DNA from: Saccostrea cucullata
Lineage: Eukaryota
Reading direction: 5' to 3'
DNA length: 64,000 nucleotides
Assembly: GCF_032062105.1 (NCBI RefSeq)
Contig: NW_026936019.1
Span: 620,001 to 684,000, forward strand
The first letter of the stretch is position 1. Every line of letters starts with the position of its first letter. The position numbers and the translations under genes are program-made. Of the stretch, positions 1 through 13,117 are shown one piece after another. Under the pieces are notes generated by a model. The model made no database searches, was not told the origin of the DNA, and worked only from the letters and a program-made list of their open reading frames with translations.

Positions 1-464
1 ATCTAGCGCACTGAGCTACCCCTAGCATACGATCCCATTCACTCAGCCCGAGAACGAAACTCGATATTTTATTTGTGCAAATAATTCTTTTTGTATATTT
101 TATTTTTTAACCTTTTCTTCAAGGTCACGATCACACCACGCGTCCTATTTCAAAAGCATCTGATGAGTCTGTAAACATGTTACAATAATTGTCGTGTACT
201 CATTAAATAAATTTTGAATTTAGTACATGTAATTAGTGAAGGACAATATACAACTGACAATACTTTACGGCTCATTGTATAACGTGACTGAATTACTTAC
301 ATAAAGTTTGCAAAAAATCCTGCATTTTTTCCTTTATGTACCGCAAGAGATTTTGTTTCAAAAAGCACAGTTAATCATATTAATTTTTTTTTATTATCTC
401 TTTCCTGTTCAGTATCAATGAAATAAAGAACCACCGCCTTTCCAAATTTTAGGACGTTTTAAAA

Positions 465-1362
465 TAAGTGACCTACATATTTCTTTCCGTTTATGTACGC
501 TGCCATGCGTCGTGCATTAACATTTTTAACATTTTCATTTTCTTCTACATAACCACTGAACTCATTTTATCGAATTTTTGCATATGACTTCTATTTGTAA
601 AGGGTTTCAAAAATATTTAAATTTCATTGCCCAACCCTTTGGAGCCCTGAGTGATGGGGCTTAAACCATCAAAATTAACGCAATCTTCAAAAATCTCCTC
701 TACCTCTGGCCATCAAGTAGTCAAACTGTTAATTGATCGTATACAGTAGCCATTAAGCCCTCTACCCAATTTGTCAAATTGTTGACCCCAGGGTCAGGGG
801 TTCCGAATTGGAGCAAGGTTCCATTAAACATATAATAAATTGCAAACTCTTTAGAAGTCTTTTCTCTCTCTCCCCCCTCCCCCGTTTATTTAGCTGACAA
901 AATAAGTGCATGATAATGCCGAAAGAGGATGCTTGTTCCATTATAAATTTAATTTCCCATACGTCACAGGTTCTGGTGGTAGGGCGGAGCTCTGTTGAAA
1001 ATTATGGTAAGAATACATTATTTCTTTGTAAATCTATTCTTCACCCCTTTGGTATTTTGCAAACAAAGTGCATGATTTTGTATCTCCCCGAAATGTAAAT
1101 TCAATGGTCCCGAAGTCAAGGATTTTTTGACGTTATATTGAGCTCTATATATTGTTGATTATAGTGATATAGGATAAATACTATAATAATTTCTGCTCCT
1201 TGGCAAACGGGTCACAAAATATAACGAGCAAGAAATACTAGTACTAATTTTATGGTTATAACCAGACAACTGGTTAACTAGGGATATAGAGGGGAAAAAA
1301 AAACTTTTGAAAATCTGAAGAATAAAAGGGCTAAGGAGGCTCATGTGAGCAATGTGACCCAT
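465..1362 (+). mobile_element. Degenerate HINE/pearl-like non-autonomous Helentron element
   Basis: Collinear with the intact copy at 45773-47735: gtgaccta...cgtcgtgcattaacattt, decayed core gaccccagggtcagggg, and a 3' end resembling ctcatgtgagcaatgtgaccc. Confidence 0.6.
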
Positions 1363-1489
1363 ATATCAAATATATTGATTTCAAGTGAAATAATATTAAA
1401 TCAATTTTAACTGTGAACCGTAGATAATTTGAAATTAGAATGCGAACAATGTCAATATACACTGCGGTGCAGGTGATTGGTGACTTATA

Positions 1490-2907
1490 AGGGAAATTTC
1501 CAGGAAGAGTTACCTTTCTTCCTAGAGGAGAAATCCCAGTAAGAGTTATCTCTCTTATCAGAGGGGAAAATCCCAGTGAGAGTTATCTCTCTTATTAGAG
1601 GGGATAATCCCAGTGAGAGCTATCTCTTTTATCAGAGGGGATAATCCCAGTGAGAGTTACCTCTCTTATTAGAGGGGATAATCCCAGTGAGAGTTACCTC
1701 TCTTATTAGAGAGGAAAATCCCAGTGAGAGTTATCTCTCTTATCAGAGAGGATAATCCCAGTGAGAGTTATCTCTCTTATCAGAGAGGATAATCCCAGTG
1801 AGAGCTATCTCTCTTATCAGAGGGGGAAATACCAGTGAGAGTTATCTCTCTTATTAGAGAGGAAAATCCCAGTGAGAGTTATCTCTCTTATCAGAGAGGA
1901 TAATCCCAGTGAGAGTTATCTCTCTTATCAGAGAGGATAATCCCAGTGAGAGTTACCTCTCTTATTAGAGGGGATAATCCCAGTGAGAGTACCTCTCTTA
2001 TTAGAGGGGATAATCCCAGTGAGAGTTACCTCTCTTATCAGAGAGGATAATCCCAGTGAGAGCTATCTCTCTTATCAGAGGGGGAAATTCCAGTGAGAGT
2101 TATCTCTCTTATCAGAGGGGAAAATCCCAGTGAGAGCAATCTCTCTTATCAGAGAGGAAAATCCCAGTGAGGGTTACTTATCTTATCATGGATCAAAATT
2201 CCAGCGAGAGCTATCTCTCTTATCAGACGTTAAAATTCCATAATGGTCATCTCTCTTTTCAGAGGGGAAAATCCCAGTGAGAGCTATCTCTCTTATCAGA
2301 GCGGAAAATCCCAATGAGAGATATCTCTCTTAATAAGAGGGGGAAATCCAAATGAGAGTTATCTCCTTTAATGAGAGAGGAAAATCCCAGTGAGAGCTAT
2401 CTCTCTTATCAGACGGGAAAATCCCAGTGAGAGTTATCTCTCTTATCAGAGGGGAAAATCGCAGTGAGAGTCATCTCTCTTATTAGAGGGGAAAATCCAA
2501 ATGCGAGTTATCTCTCTTATCAGAGGGGAAAATCCCAGTAAGAGTTATCTCTCTTATTAGAGGGGAAAATCCCAATGCGAGTTATCTCTATTATCAGAAG
2601 GGAAAATACCAGTGAGAGGTATCTCTCTTATTAGAGGGGAAAATCCAAATGCGAGTTATCTCTCTTATCAGAGGGGAAAATCCCAGTGAGAGTTATCTCT
2701 CTTATCAGAGGGGAAAAACCCAGTAAGAGTTATCTCTCTTATCAGAGGGGAAAATTCCAGTAAGAGTTATCTCTCTTATTAGAGGGGAAAATCCCAATGC
2801 GAGTTATCTCTCTTATCAGAGGGGAAAGTCCCAGTGAGAGTTATCTCTCTTATCAGAGGGGAAAATCCCAGTGAGAGTTATCTCTCTTATCAGAGGGGAA
2901 AATCCTG
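1490..2907. repeat. 37-bp minisatellite, about 38 copies
   Basis: Consensus AGAGGGGAAAATCCCAGTGAGAGTTATCTCTCTTATC. Period checked at 1561, 1598 and 1635. No spacers between units. Confidence 0.97.
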
Positions 2908-3822
2908 GTGAAAGTCAGAAAGGATAATCAGCAGAGAAAAATGGAGGGAGATGGTGGCTCCAAGAGGCCCCGGGTGTCGCTTTTAATACTCTGATGCAAG
3001 TAATAGGGTTACAGGTCATAGTGTCTTCTTAACATAGTATGTATCAGCAGAAGAATCGATATATAATTAAGGAAATGATAATACAGGGATTGCGACTTTT
3101 TAAATTTAATGAAAAGTTATTAACAATTTAACAAAGTTTAATCCTGTAACTGTCACTAATTGATTATAGCAAACACTGACTTTCAATGAATGAATCCAAG
3201 TAAATACGTTCCTTTGAAGTATGACAACAGCCTTGTATCAGTGTCTGACTTAAATCGTAAAATGTGTTTACTTTTGGAGTTAGGCGATGGAAATCTCGCC
3301 ATTTTGTTTACAATATCTGTTTATCTGTCAAATAGAGACTCAGTCATTAATTTACTTTAAACCTGAGAAATGTCGTTCATGATATCGTCTGGTCCACATG
3401 AATACTATGGTCCCCAGAAAACACAGATGTTTATTTTACTATTCAGCATGTTAAGGGCGAGTCCATAGAAATAAAATTTAATTTTGAGAGGTAGTTTATT
3501 TTTTACGGTTTAAAAACATTTAATACACAAAAAGTCATAATGTTATTAACCGGAGTCTAAGGATGTCTGTGCACTTAAAAATTACATGTTTTAATTCATG
3601 AAAATTTGTGAAGAACCTATCATTGATTCTAAATGTAAGAACTGTCAATCGGACAGAAAATAAATGGTTGAAGGAAATCAACTTGTACTCTGACCTCCAT
3701 ATTTATAAATTATTTTAATCTTTTTAATTTTTCGTCAGAATTTCTATTCATCTTTCTGACATGTTCATTAATGTTTGTTGACAGGTAAAAAGTTTTAGAC
3801 ACAATCAATTATAATACAAATA

Positions 3823-4585
3823 TTGACTGGGGTTGAGGGCAACATTGATTATGTTAGCCCCCTAGAGACGAAATATTGCCCTCAACCCCAGTCAGTGCAT
3901 TGTATATTGTGTCTTTTTTATTCGTCAATATTAACAAAGGAAGTGAGAAATCAAAATGTGACAAAAAGAAACTCGTATGAAGCCACATTCACATTATTAT
4001 TATTGATGATGATTATATTTCATATTTCCATTTTCGATTATTGAGATATAGTATTTATGTACCATATGGTCCGAAATTCACCCATTCAAACAATTAGATC
4101 TTTTTAAAAAATCTTATCAAGCCATCTTTACAAAATATTGTTTAATTGCCCTCTACCGACCGACTCGAAACTTGTATTAACCTCCAGGAAGTAAGTATTT
4201 TTTTTATATGTACTCTAGAAAATATAATTTAAAAATTAGCATTGAAATTGAAATTTTCCGAGGAGAAAAAATTCTCACCTACCTGAGTCGGGAGAGGGCA
4301 AATAACCATTTTATTTTTAAAGTTGCCCTCACAAACAAGAATTGACAGTGTAGATACTGAAGTATATAATTGACACAAAATGTTACTGCCACAAATTTTT
4401 TTCTGCAGAGCAGATTGTTCTTTGTTATACCTTTAAAATTTTGTTCCTATACACATTTATACGGAAAAAAATATAACATTTCTAATGTTTTGCTGAGCGT
4501 GCATAAAAAATCGATGTTGGACCGCTGAGTGAGATGTTGGACCGCTAAGTGAGATGTTGGACCGGTCGATGATATTTTAGACCGC
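3823..4585. mobile_element. Decayed hairpin-bearing non-autonomous element, same family as 14868-15422
   Basis: Inverted repeat gactggggttgagggcaa / ttgccctcaaccccagtc (3825-3893), ttgttatacc near 4423, and tandem gatgttggaccg units (4513-4585). All are shared with the 14868 element. Confidence 0.55.
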
Positions 4586-6639
4586 TTACATCACAGAATG
4601 GATGGAGCTTAATCTCATTTTCAATAGTTGGTGTTCAACAGCGAGGGACCTGATGTTACACCACGGAAGACAGAACAAAATACATATATGGTAAAAAAAA
4701 AAAATAAAATAAAAGGCACAACAAAACATTTATTGACTGTATTCTCGGGTAAAATGTATTTTGTCGACCCTCGAACCATAATTCTACTAAAAGGAGTGAC
4801 ATGTTATAATGAATTAATACTTCAGTAACGCCCTCTTCCCGTGGTAGGAATATAAGGCTGTGAAGACGGAAGAGAATTATTTCATTATAAACATCCCAAT
4901 GTGATTTTTTTTTTGCAAGAACCTAAGAGATATACATACATGTATATATATTTTTTCTATCCATGCATATTTTTATCTTTTCTTTCAAACCAATGTAATA
5001 ATCGACTTTCAAGATAAAATGCGAAAGTAAAAAACACTAAGAATAGATATTTGAATAGATATTTAGTCATTCCTTGTGTACAGTGTAACATGTTCATATA
5101 TTGATTTGTGCCACTATAATTTGTGTGAAAATTTAATTGATTGTGTAAATTCTGGTGTCAGTTAAGTAATCAACAAGTTCATTTTTAGATATTGCAACAA
5201 AACATAATCTTTTATCTGGAGAGTAAATCAGCTCTTATCTCGTGTCTGGCAAATCGAATGCAAGCAGGACATTTGTCATCCGTTTAAAAACGACAGTTTC
5301 CACTGGGAAACTCTGGAAGAGGGCCCTTTGTAAAACTGAGAACATTCCGCAGAGATTAAACCAATCAAACTAAAACAAAGAGACAAAACCAGGCACAGAA
5401 TATGCCAAAGTTATTCTTTACATAATCATCAAAATTTATTTTAAAAATTCTTTTTCACACAGGAACGGAAATTTTTGTTTTTGTTTAAGATATGCATGGC
5501 GATCTTACTGAAGAAGCGGTTTTTTAAAATCAAAAATACTTTCCCCTTTTTTCAGTTCGTTTTAGCGCAAAAATATTTAGCTAATGAATTTGAATATATG
5601 TATAAATTCGCCGCTTTACATCGACATCTCGATATTTTCTTTCCGTTTCTCTGCTCCGCTCTCTTAATAACGTTTAATGAAGCAAAAAAAGCCTTAACAC
5701 CGGGTGAATTATCTACTTTAATATACGGACTTATCGATAACTGCATTGAATAGCTTATTGAACTTTGTTTTCACAAACAATCATCACGAATGGTTTGAAT
5801 CAATAACAAGACCAAAGGTTATTTTAGAAGCACTGTATCGTAAATTAGAAACTTCAGCTCAGCAATAATGCAGTCATTTACCAAGATCATATTTAAAAAT
5901 GAAATCGCAGATTGAATATTTCATGCAAGTTTGGTTATTGCTTTTAAAGGCCATAACCTGTACATTTTCACTAGTCGATCAGAAAACACATTTTGCTACT
6001 TCTAACACTCAATTTTTTTGTAATGGATACCTGTAATTAGCTAATTATTTTGAAAATCTGCCCGGAACTTTAAGCTATTTTTCATGATCAGGTGAAAGTA
6101 TTGACCTCTCAATATTGCAAGGTTGATGTAACACTTGAACAGTTCACACAATTTTCAGTCTACCTAATCAAGGTGCTGTTAAAAGCTCTATTATTATGGA
6201 GAGTATTCGATACGTGAAATTTTACATATCAAACACAGACCCTGTACGGCGTTTCGACGGGTTTTAAATACCAAAGAAAAATGAATGTAAGAGGATTTGA
6301 GCAATGTAGACTTTATCGAGATGAGAACTTTATGAAAGAAAATAACTGTGTAGTTGAACAGGTTCTTTCGAAGTGAAAGGGCTGTCGGGCAGTCGTGTAT
6401 ACGAGGGGACTCTGGATGTTCATTGAAAGTGTATATTGAGTATGTTACACGGTGATATGGATTTCTGAAACTTTATTAATGTCTGCTCTGTCTAAGGGAT
6501 TTAAAGAAGATTTATATATTCACATATCTTTAATATGGCATATTCATGTCAAATATAGTCGAAAAAGGCAAACTGTCGCCAGGGAAGACGTAGAAGAGTA
6601 ACTTTATAAAGAGATACAGGCTGGACAGCATTTATCAAA

Positions 6640-8091
6640 ATGGTTCTCAGAGAGGAAACGGTTATTGAAGTGAAATCTTTGGTGAATCAGATGGAGAGGA
6701 CAGGAGATGTGAACCAAGTCAAGGAAGTGCTGGGGTCGGAGACGATAAAGAACAGGTCACAGGAAATGTCTAGAACCTCTAGCCGATCATCCAGATCTTC
6801 TGGCGTGGACAGAGTCAACGCCTGCATGGCCAATAATCTCTTCCATTCGGCAGTCAAGGGAAGATTCAGAAAAGTAAAGCTGATTCTTGATGGGGGATAC
6901 AAAATTAACAGCAGGAATAATTACGGTTACAGTGTTCTTGTTGGTGCCCTTCACATAGACTGCGACGAAAAACGTAGAAAAATGTTTCGCTATCTGATAT
7001 CAAAAGGAGCAGATCCCAAGCATAAAGACGGAAAACACAAAAGGTCCCTACTCTCGTGGGCTGCTATTCTAGGTCGTGGAGAACAGGTCGAGCTGTTGCT
7101 AGAGATACTGAACGGTGACCATGACCTCTCTGATAAGGATACGGAAGGAATGACTGTCCTACATCACGCCACTCAAGGTGGTCACGTCACAATAGTTAGA
7201 AGACTAGTGGAAGAATTTCGTCGTTTTCGGTTGTCTGTTGACGTTTCTGACAATTTAGGACTTACACCTTACCTTCATGCCAAAAGACTAGGATACAAAG
7301 AGATAACTGATATTCTCCTGAAGGAGGGCAGGGCCTGCCCAGGTCAGTCGGATAGTTACACCTTCAGGAGTGCTGATGAGTGGTCCGAAATCGGACAATC
7401 AATGAAGGAGAAACAATATAATATGAGACGGAAATCTAACTACGAGCGAGCTGCTATTCTAGGTAGCAGCAGGTTGCTGAGGCTACATCACAATTTTTAC
7501 GAAACACCCATCATACATGTATCCGCCCCAGTGGCAGAAGCAGTCACAGAAGATGATAACAAAACAACTTATTTTGTCGTGAAAAAGGACCCACCTTTGC
7601 GCTTACAGCCGCAGCAAATAAGAGGAAATCATACTGCACCGCCATTTTCTAAATCTGAACCCACTAAAGCTTTTAGATCACACCCTCAGAGTCTACAGGA
7701 AATGCCACAAGAAACCCCCAGAATGCATCCTAATCAAACTTTATCATTGCTTTCTTTAACCCCAGGAGCAAGGATAAAAGAGCCAGAAAAGTTCCACAAA
7801 AGTCAACCCGATTTATCGAAGGTCGAAACGAAACAAACCAAACATGGTCATAACGTTACCATTGGATCTTTTATGAAAGTTCTAGCAGAGCAAAATACTT
7901 CATCATACCGACCCACTATAGTAGAAAGTCCGCAGAACTTGGAAATGCCGCGTATGCGCACGAAGAAAGATTCCACGTTTGCCAGCATATTTGGAAAGAA
8001 AAGAGGAAATGAGAAAAACCATGGAAGAAAGAAGAGATGTTCCGCAAAAACAGGAATATCCACCGGAAGCAAGAAGGCAATACGGACTTAA
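6640..8091 (+). CDS. Intronless ankyrin-repeat protein, ANKRD34/ANKRD63-like (483 aa)
   Basis: Long ORF with about 5 N-terminal ANK repeats (GRFRKVKLILDGG, MFRYLISKGADP, GMTVLHHATQGGHVTIVRRLV, GLTPYLHAKRLGY), then a low-complexity tail with a basic C-terminal cluster. Motifs and single-exon layout resemble vertebrate ANKRD34/63 (from memory). Confidence 0.85.
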   Translation: MVLREETVIEVKSLVNQMERTGDVNQVKEVLGSETIKNRSQEMSRTSSRSSRSSGVDRVNACMANNLFHSAVKGRFRKVKLILDGGYKINSRNNYGYSVLVGALHIDCDEKRRKMFRYLISKGADPKHKDGKHKRSLLSWAAILGRGEQVELLLEILNGDHDLSDKDTEGMTVLHHATQGGHVTIVRRLVEEFRRFRLSVDVSDNLGLTPYLHAKRLGYKEITDILLKEGRACPGQSDSYTFRSADEWSEIGQSMKEKQYNMRRKSNYERAAILGSSRLLRLHHNFYETPIIHVSAPVAEAVTEDDNKTTYFVVKKDPPLRLQPQQIRGNHTAPPFSKSEPTKAFRSHPQSLQEMPQETPRMHPNQTLSLLSLTPGARIKEPEKFHKSQPDLSKVETKQTKHGHNVTIGSFMKVLAEQNTSSYRPTIVESPQNLEMPRMRTKKDSTFASIFGKKRGNEKNHGRKKRCSAKTGISTGSKKAIRT

Positions 8092-9314
8092 TCACATTCA
8101 CGGTGATTCACCCATTAATGGCATTCTGTAAGGACATCAAATATTGCATCCACCTTCAAGAAAATATTTTTCTCAAAATCTCCAAATTCCTTAAATACAG
8201 AATGTTTAAGCTTGTTACCTAAAATCGGATAAATATGTATTTGAACAGTTATGAATATAAATCTGTTTTGAAGTCATGTGCCTAACTAATACAATGTTTT
8301 ATTTTTTATTAATGTAAATTTATTTAAAAAGTCTATTCGGTGACTTTAATGTCGATGTATCACATGATGTACATGTTTTTCAAAAATATTTTTTATTGAA
8401 ATAACATTTATCATGTACCTCGAGAATGTTCAATTTTTTCTTGTGTTTTTCTTTATAGGTATTGTATTTCTTGACAAGAAACCTTGTATTTATTCTTTGG
8501 AAAGGGTAAACTTTGTCTCTTATAATGGACAACCATTATATGAAAGGTCATGGAACTTTAATGGTCACTGTTAGGTGAAGTGGGCTAATCTACATTTAAT
8601 AGCTTTTTCCCATTTTAATGATAGCTGCCAAAATTTTAATCTTGCATTAATTAATCGTGTAAGTGTAAAGTTTTTAGATCACCGGGTCACTACAATGAGC
8701 TTATTTACCTATATTATACTAGCGGTTTCCAAAATTCTAAAATTTCACTGTAGTTTTTGCCACTTTATCAGCATTTCAGAAAAAATAAATCTGGGACAGA
8801 TTTAAAATTTCGGTTAAAATTTTTGCAAATTTATAAACATGTTGACCAGTAAACCGTTCATATGACGAGATTTGATTGAATTTCGTCTATTTACCTAGAT
8901 ATAAAGTCAAACCCTTCCCTTAAGTTTGTTTGCTATGGAGAGAACCCAGTTTACCTTACAGATATCATTTTACTTTAAATGGATTTAAAGACTTTGCGTA
9001 CCTATCAGAGGTCTTTCTAAATACGTGGGCGTCTAACACCTCGCTTGATTATTTGTATTGAGTTTTATTTTCGGTAGTTATTTTAAACTGGTTCTTTAAT
9101 ATTCCTACCCTTGTCATGAGAATCAAATTCATCAAATCACATTTCATTAATAACTTTAACTTAATCAATGTAGAAATTGCACTCCATCCTGTTTGATATT
9201 CATTGAATAATTTTATTATTGTTTTATGGAAATCACCATTGGTAAAACCAGATATAAGATTGAATAATCCTTTCAGATAGATGAACACTATTTTGGGGCC
9301 CTGTGATTTTTTGA

Positions 9315-9356
9315 AATACAAAGAAAACAAAGGAAACAAAAATAAAGAGTTTTATT
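9315..9356 (-). terminator. Candidate opsin polyadenylation signal
   Basis: Minus-strand AATAAA (9351-9356) followed by a U/GU-rich tract. Implies a 3' UTR of about 0.85 kb. Confidence 0.45.
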
Positions 9357-10187
9357 ACAGAAACATTTAACTCGTACAGTCAATAATTTCTCACATATAC
9401 AATGCATCACTTCCCAAAATTATATTGTACATGTGTAACAAGATGAATGTTCGAAAATAAATATTTAAGTCTAAAACAGTGTATGAACACGAGAGCAGGT
9501 TATTAAACATCCAGGTATATCGTTAAATGTAGAAAAATATCCAACAAACAATCTGATGAATACCACTAAAAATCAACAATACCTTGTTAAAAATACAAAT
9601 CCGTTCAAAGTCTACATTTTTTAAATGAGAAAAAAAACATGTTATGGTCACTACTCTCTGTCTCTCTTTTTTACTGCATAATGGAAAAGATTCTCCAATT
9701 AAAGAGCATGAAAAAATTAAAAGCACAAGATTTTTAAAGATATTCTAGCCAAAAATTAAAGAGCGTACGGTAGATGAAAAATATTAAAAGCACAAATTAA
9801 AACATTTTTTACAAGCGTATCAACATTCACGGCGACAAAATGATACAGTCAATCAAGCTTCATGACGTAACAAATACAAATAGTACCATTGTGAAACCAG
9901 TAAGATGGACGCTAATAACAAAACTTATAAGTCGTTGTATATTGTTATACACTAGAATATATGAAAAGAAGTGTAAGATACGGGTCAAAATCTTTCAATA
10001 TATTTCAGTCAAATTGAAATGATAATAAAATATGAGTTTTTTTTCTCAAGAGAAAAAAGTTTTGAAAACACGTTGAAATTAGTTCATTATTTATACTTCA
10101 TTGTTGATTTTTTTTTAGAGTATTCAGTTTCAACATTACGCACGTTGTACCTGAAGGTAAACTTGTATTTACTGTTACTCGAGCTGT

Positions 10188-13049
10188 TTACACTGCTTGA
10201 GTTGCTATTTTCTCCGCTCCTTTCTCGTTAGATGCGTTCGTCTCGTCTTTGATCTCCACATTATCTTTCTTGGATTCATCTACTGCTGCTGCAATCTTTT
10301 CAGCAGCCATTATTTCTTGTAAATAAGTTTTTATGTCGATCTTCTGCCCTCCGTTGTCGACCATGAAGACGCCATTTTGATCCGCATCCTGAGCACTTTG
10401 TGAACTCTTTGCAGTTTCGCTTGGAAGATATACCACTTGCCTATTCTGCTGGTTTGTGACGCCAACAAGTGCTTGTACTAGACTCTGAATCAACTGTGTC
10501 GAATTGTTGTCTGGGCCTTGATTGTCTGGGCCTTTTCCGGTTCTGCGCATTTGGATGGCGTTGTCGTGTACGTCACTAATATTACTGATACAGCTAGAGA
10601 CGTCACTGGCGCCACCTCCCACAGTGTCACTTAGTCCGCTCATGGTTCGGCTTACATTTGTTGCTCTTGATGCTGAGGGTGTTGACTTTCCTGGAGGTTT
10701 GCAGCAACTGAAAATTCCTGGGGCTTTGTTGTACAAAGCCTCTCTGAATTTAGGATGGCTCAGAGCATAGACGATAGGATTGTGCATAGCGCTAGCCTTT
10801 GCCAACATGACGGGCAGCTCAGAGAGGAAAGGAGTGACCCACTCTGTTGGACCAAATTGACCAATCAAAGCCACAGTAGCATATGGACTCCATGACAACA
10901 GGAACAAGGCCACAATCATAATGGCGATCTTGGCAATTTTCACCTCTGCTTTGGTTTTCTCTTGATTTGCTTTAATATCATCAACCTTCATTTTGGCTGC
11001 CATTTTCTGCATTTTTTGTTCGTGTTTTCTCAAAGCTCGGAGGATCAAAATATATGACATTGCAATTACAAATACAGGAGCGGCAAAGCCAAAGAGATAC
11101 AGGAAAAATATGTATGTTCTGTTACTTGGAGTTGTGGTGAGGTAGTCGAAGGTGCAGGACGTTTGAAATCCCTCCGCCACGTAACCACCCCAGCCAAAGA
11201 GAGGTGGCAGTGAGGCACATAGAGACCATACCCAGACCAAGCAAATCATGGTGAAAGCTTTTCTCCTTGTCATATTATGGGCAGCTTGGAGGGGATGTGC
11301 AATGGCATAGTAACGATCGACGCTGATGGCAGAGAGCGTGGTTATGGACATCAGACCAAAAATACCACCAATAAGTCCATAGAGCTCACAGGCTATAAAA
11401 TATAAAGTTATCTCGTTCATTTTAAACAAAAAATTTCAGTTTTCAAGAGCACAGAAATCTACAACATACAGAAAGCCAAATTATTTGCTTAATACCTGTA
11501 TTTCCCCATATCCATTTTTTGTTAAATGAAGAAATGGTTAAAAGAGGAAACCCCATCACCAAGGAAAATATCAGGTCGCTCAGTGCCAAATTTACAATAA
11601 ACATATTGGATGGCGTCTTCAGATTTTTGGTGCTAAATAAAATGAAATATTTTGTCAGATTTAAAGAGAAGTTCATGGTTATTTTCAGGGGTTTCAAAAA
11701 ATAAAGAAGTCAGACTGACCGAGTTTGATATAAAAGAATGACACGAAATTTATCCGTTCTTGAATTTCTGAATTAATATGCATTATACGTACGTGCTGAA
11801 AATATAAATGACAGTGGCGTTTCCAAATATTCCAACGATGCCGACAATTGAGATGAAAACACCAATGGCATAATGCCACGTGTCAGAGACCAGGGGAAAC
11901 TGGTACCAGTGGGGATGAACGAAGAAATTATAAGTGTCAAAGATATGCGTAGTCGTCTCGTTCTCAAAAACATCGGTTACTGCTGCAGATGGCGTAAAGG
12001 CTGCTGTTGCTAAAAGAAGAAAATGTAAGATTATAAGCACCCATATTGTACTACATTTCGAAGGGTGCGCTTTTTTCAGTTTGATATCAATATCTATTCA
12101 AATCTCATTATTTGTAGAACATTCTGGTAGAACTTTCCTGGTAGTACTTTCCTTTAAAAAAATGACTTTCTTTTTTGCGACCTTAAAGCATTTGTCCTGT
12201 TAATGTAAACAATAATTTTATTATCAACTTGTTGGAATGTTTGTTATTGATTAGAGTTAACCGGTATTTAATACAAGTCAAGTAAGATTTATAGTTTTCT
12301 TGTGAGATTTGCCAGTTGTCGTTTCTAATGAGTTCAGATCAAAGAGCAGCTTAAGAACCATAACTCCATTGTTACGTATTCCGTGCAAAAGTTGATCAGG
12401 TGAGATAATGAGTTCTTGAGCTTCTGAAAATGGACAGCTATAGGCGCTATAAGACCCCAGCTTAGTAGTTATAATTACAAAGAATAGATAACAAAAATAT
12501 CTCACGACATTCCGTTGTTTACTTGACATGAAGTTTACATATCTTTGATGTTAAAAGAATCAGAATCGGTAAAATTTAAATAGTGTTAATTTTTTTTCCA
12601 AATTACGTATTGCTCCCTTATCCAAAAAGTGAGTACAATCAAAATTTTGCATTTGACGTTTCCGAAAAAAAAAACCCATCAAAAGCAAATTCCTTAAAAT
12701 CATTTATATCATAAAAATCTAAGAAAACATAATTCTCAAAAATTTACATTGATCTTGACAAATCAAATATAAATTATTTATATCATAAAAATCAAGAGAC
12801 AAACAATATAATCATTTTTATAACAATGCAAAATTTACATTGTAAAATCTTGAAATACAAATCACAATGAAATAAAAATATAATTTTTTTAAAATATGAA
12901 AGAAAAAAAAAATAATAATAAAATACCAAATTTTTTTAAAAAAATTTTTTTTTTAATGGTGCAAGATGCAAATGAACATTTTTTTGTAAATAAAATTTTG
13001 AATAAAATTCCAAAATTTAAACCTGATTTTTTTTTTACTTACTAGCCAT
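10188..13049 (-). CDS. Gq-coupled rhabdomeric opsin (r-opsin), 521 aa
   Basis: Exons 13049-13043 (ATGGCTA), 12009-11793, 11632-11496, 11392-10188; all GT-AG, 1566 nt in frame. Motifs: HPHW, GN, NLALSD, CELYG, DRY, EGFQTSCTFDY (E181-type counterion), retinal Lys in LAKASAMHNPIVY, and the r-opsin HPK motif. Confidence 0.96.
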
Positions 13050-13117
13050 GGTTGTTTCCAGTAGAGAGATGATGTTAGTACTCTTTGAAACTACACAGAA
13101 GGAGACGGTGTGTACCG

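Noticed and set aside
1-30. tRNA-like A-box (TAGCTCAGTG) on the minus strand
   Set aside because: Cut by the window edge. No cloverleaf or B-box is visible; at best the start of a tRNA-derived SINE.
1490-2907. CRISPR-like array (37-bp palindromic repeat)
   Set aside because: Units are contiguous with no spacers, there are no cas genes, and the context is eukaryotic.
6687-8222. Short antisense or overlapping ORFs over the ankyrin gene (likewise over the opsin and protease exons)
   Set aside because: Shadow ORFs of GC-richer coding DNA, with no motifs or splice support.
10188-11429. 413-aa ORF as a complete intronless opsin
   Set aside because: It lacks TM1-2. Its first 12 residues are intronic, and the true exon starts at 11392.
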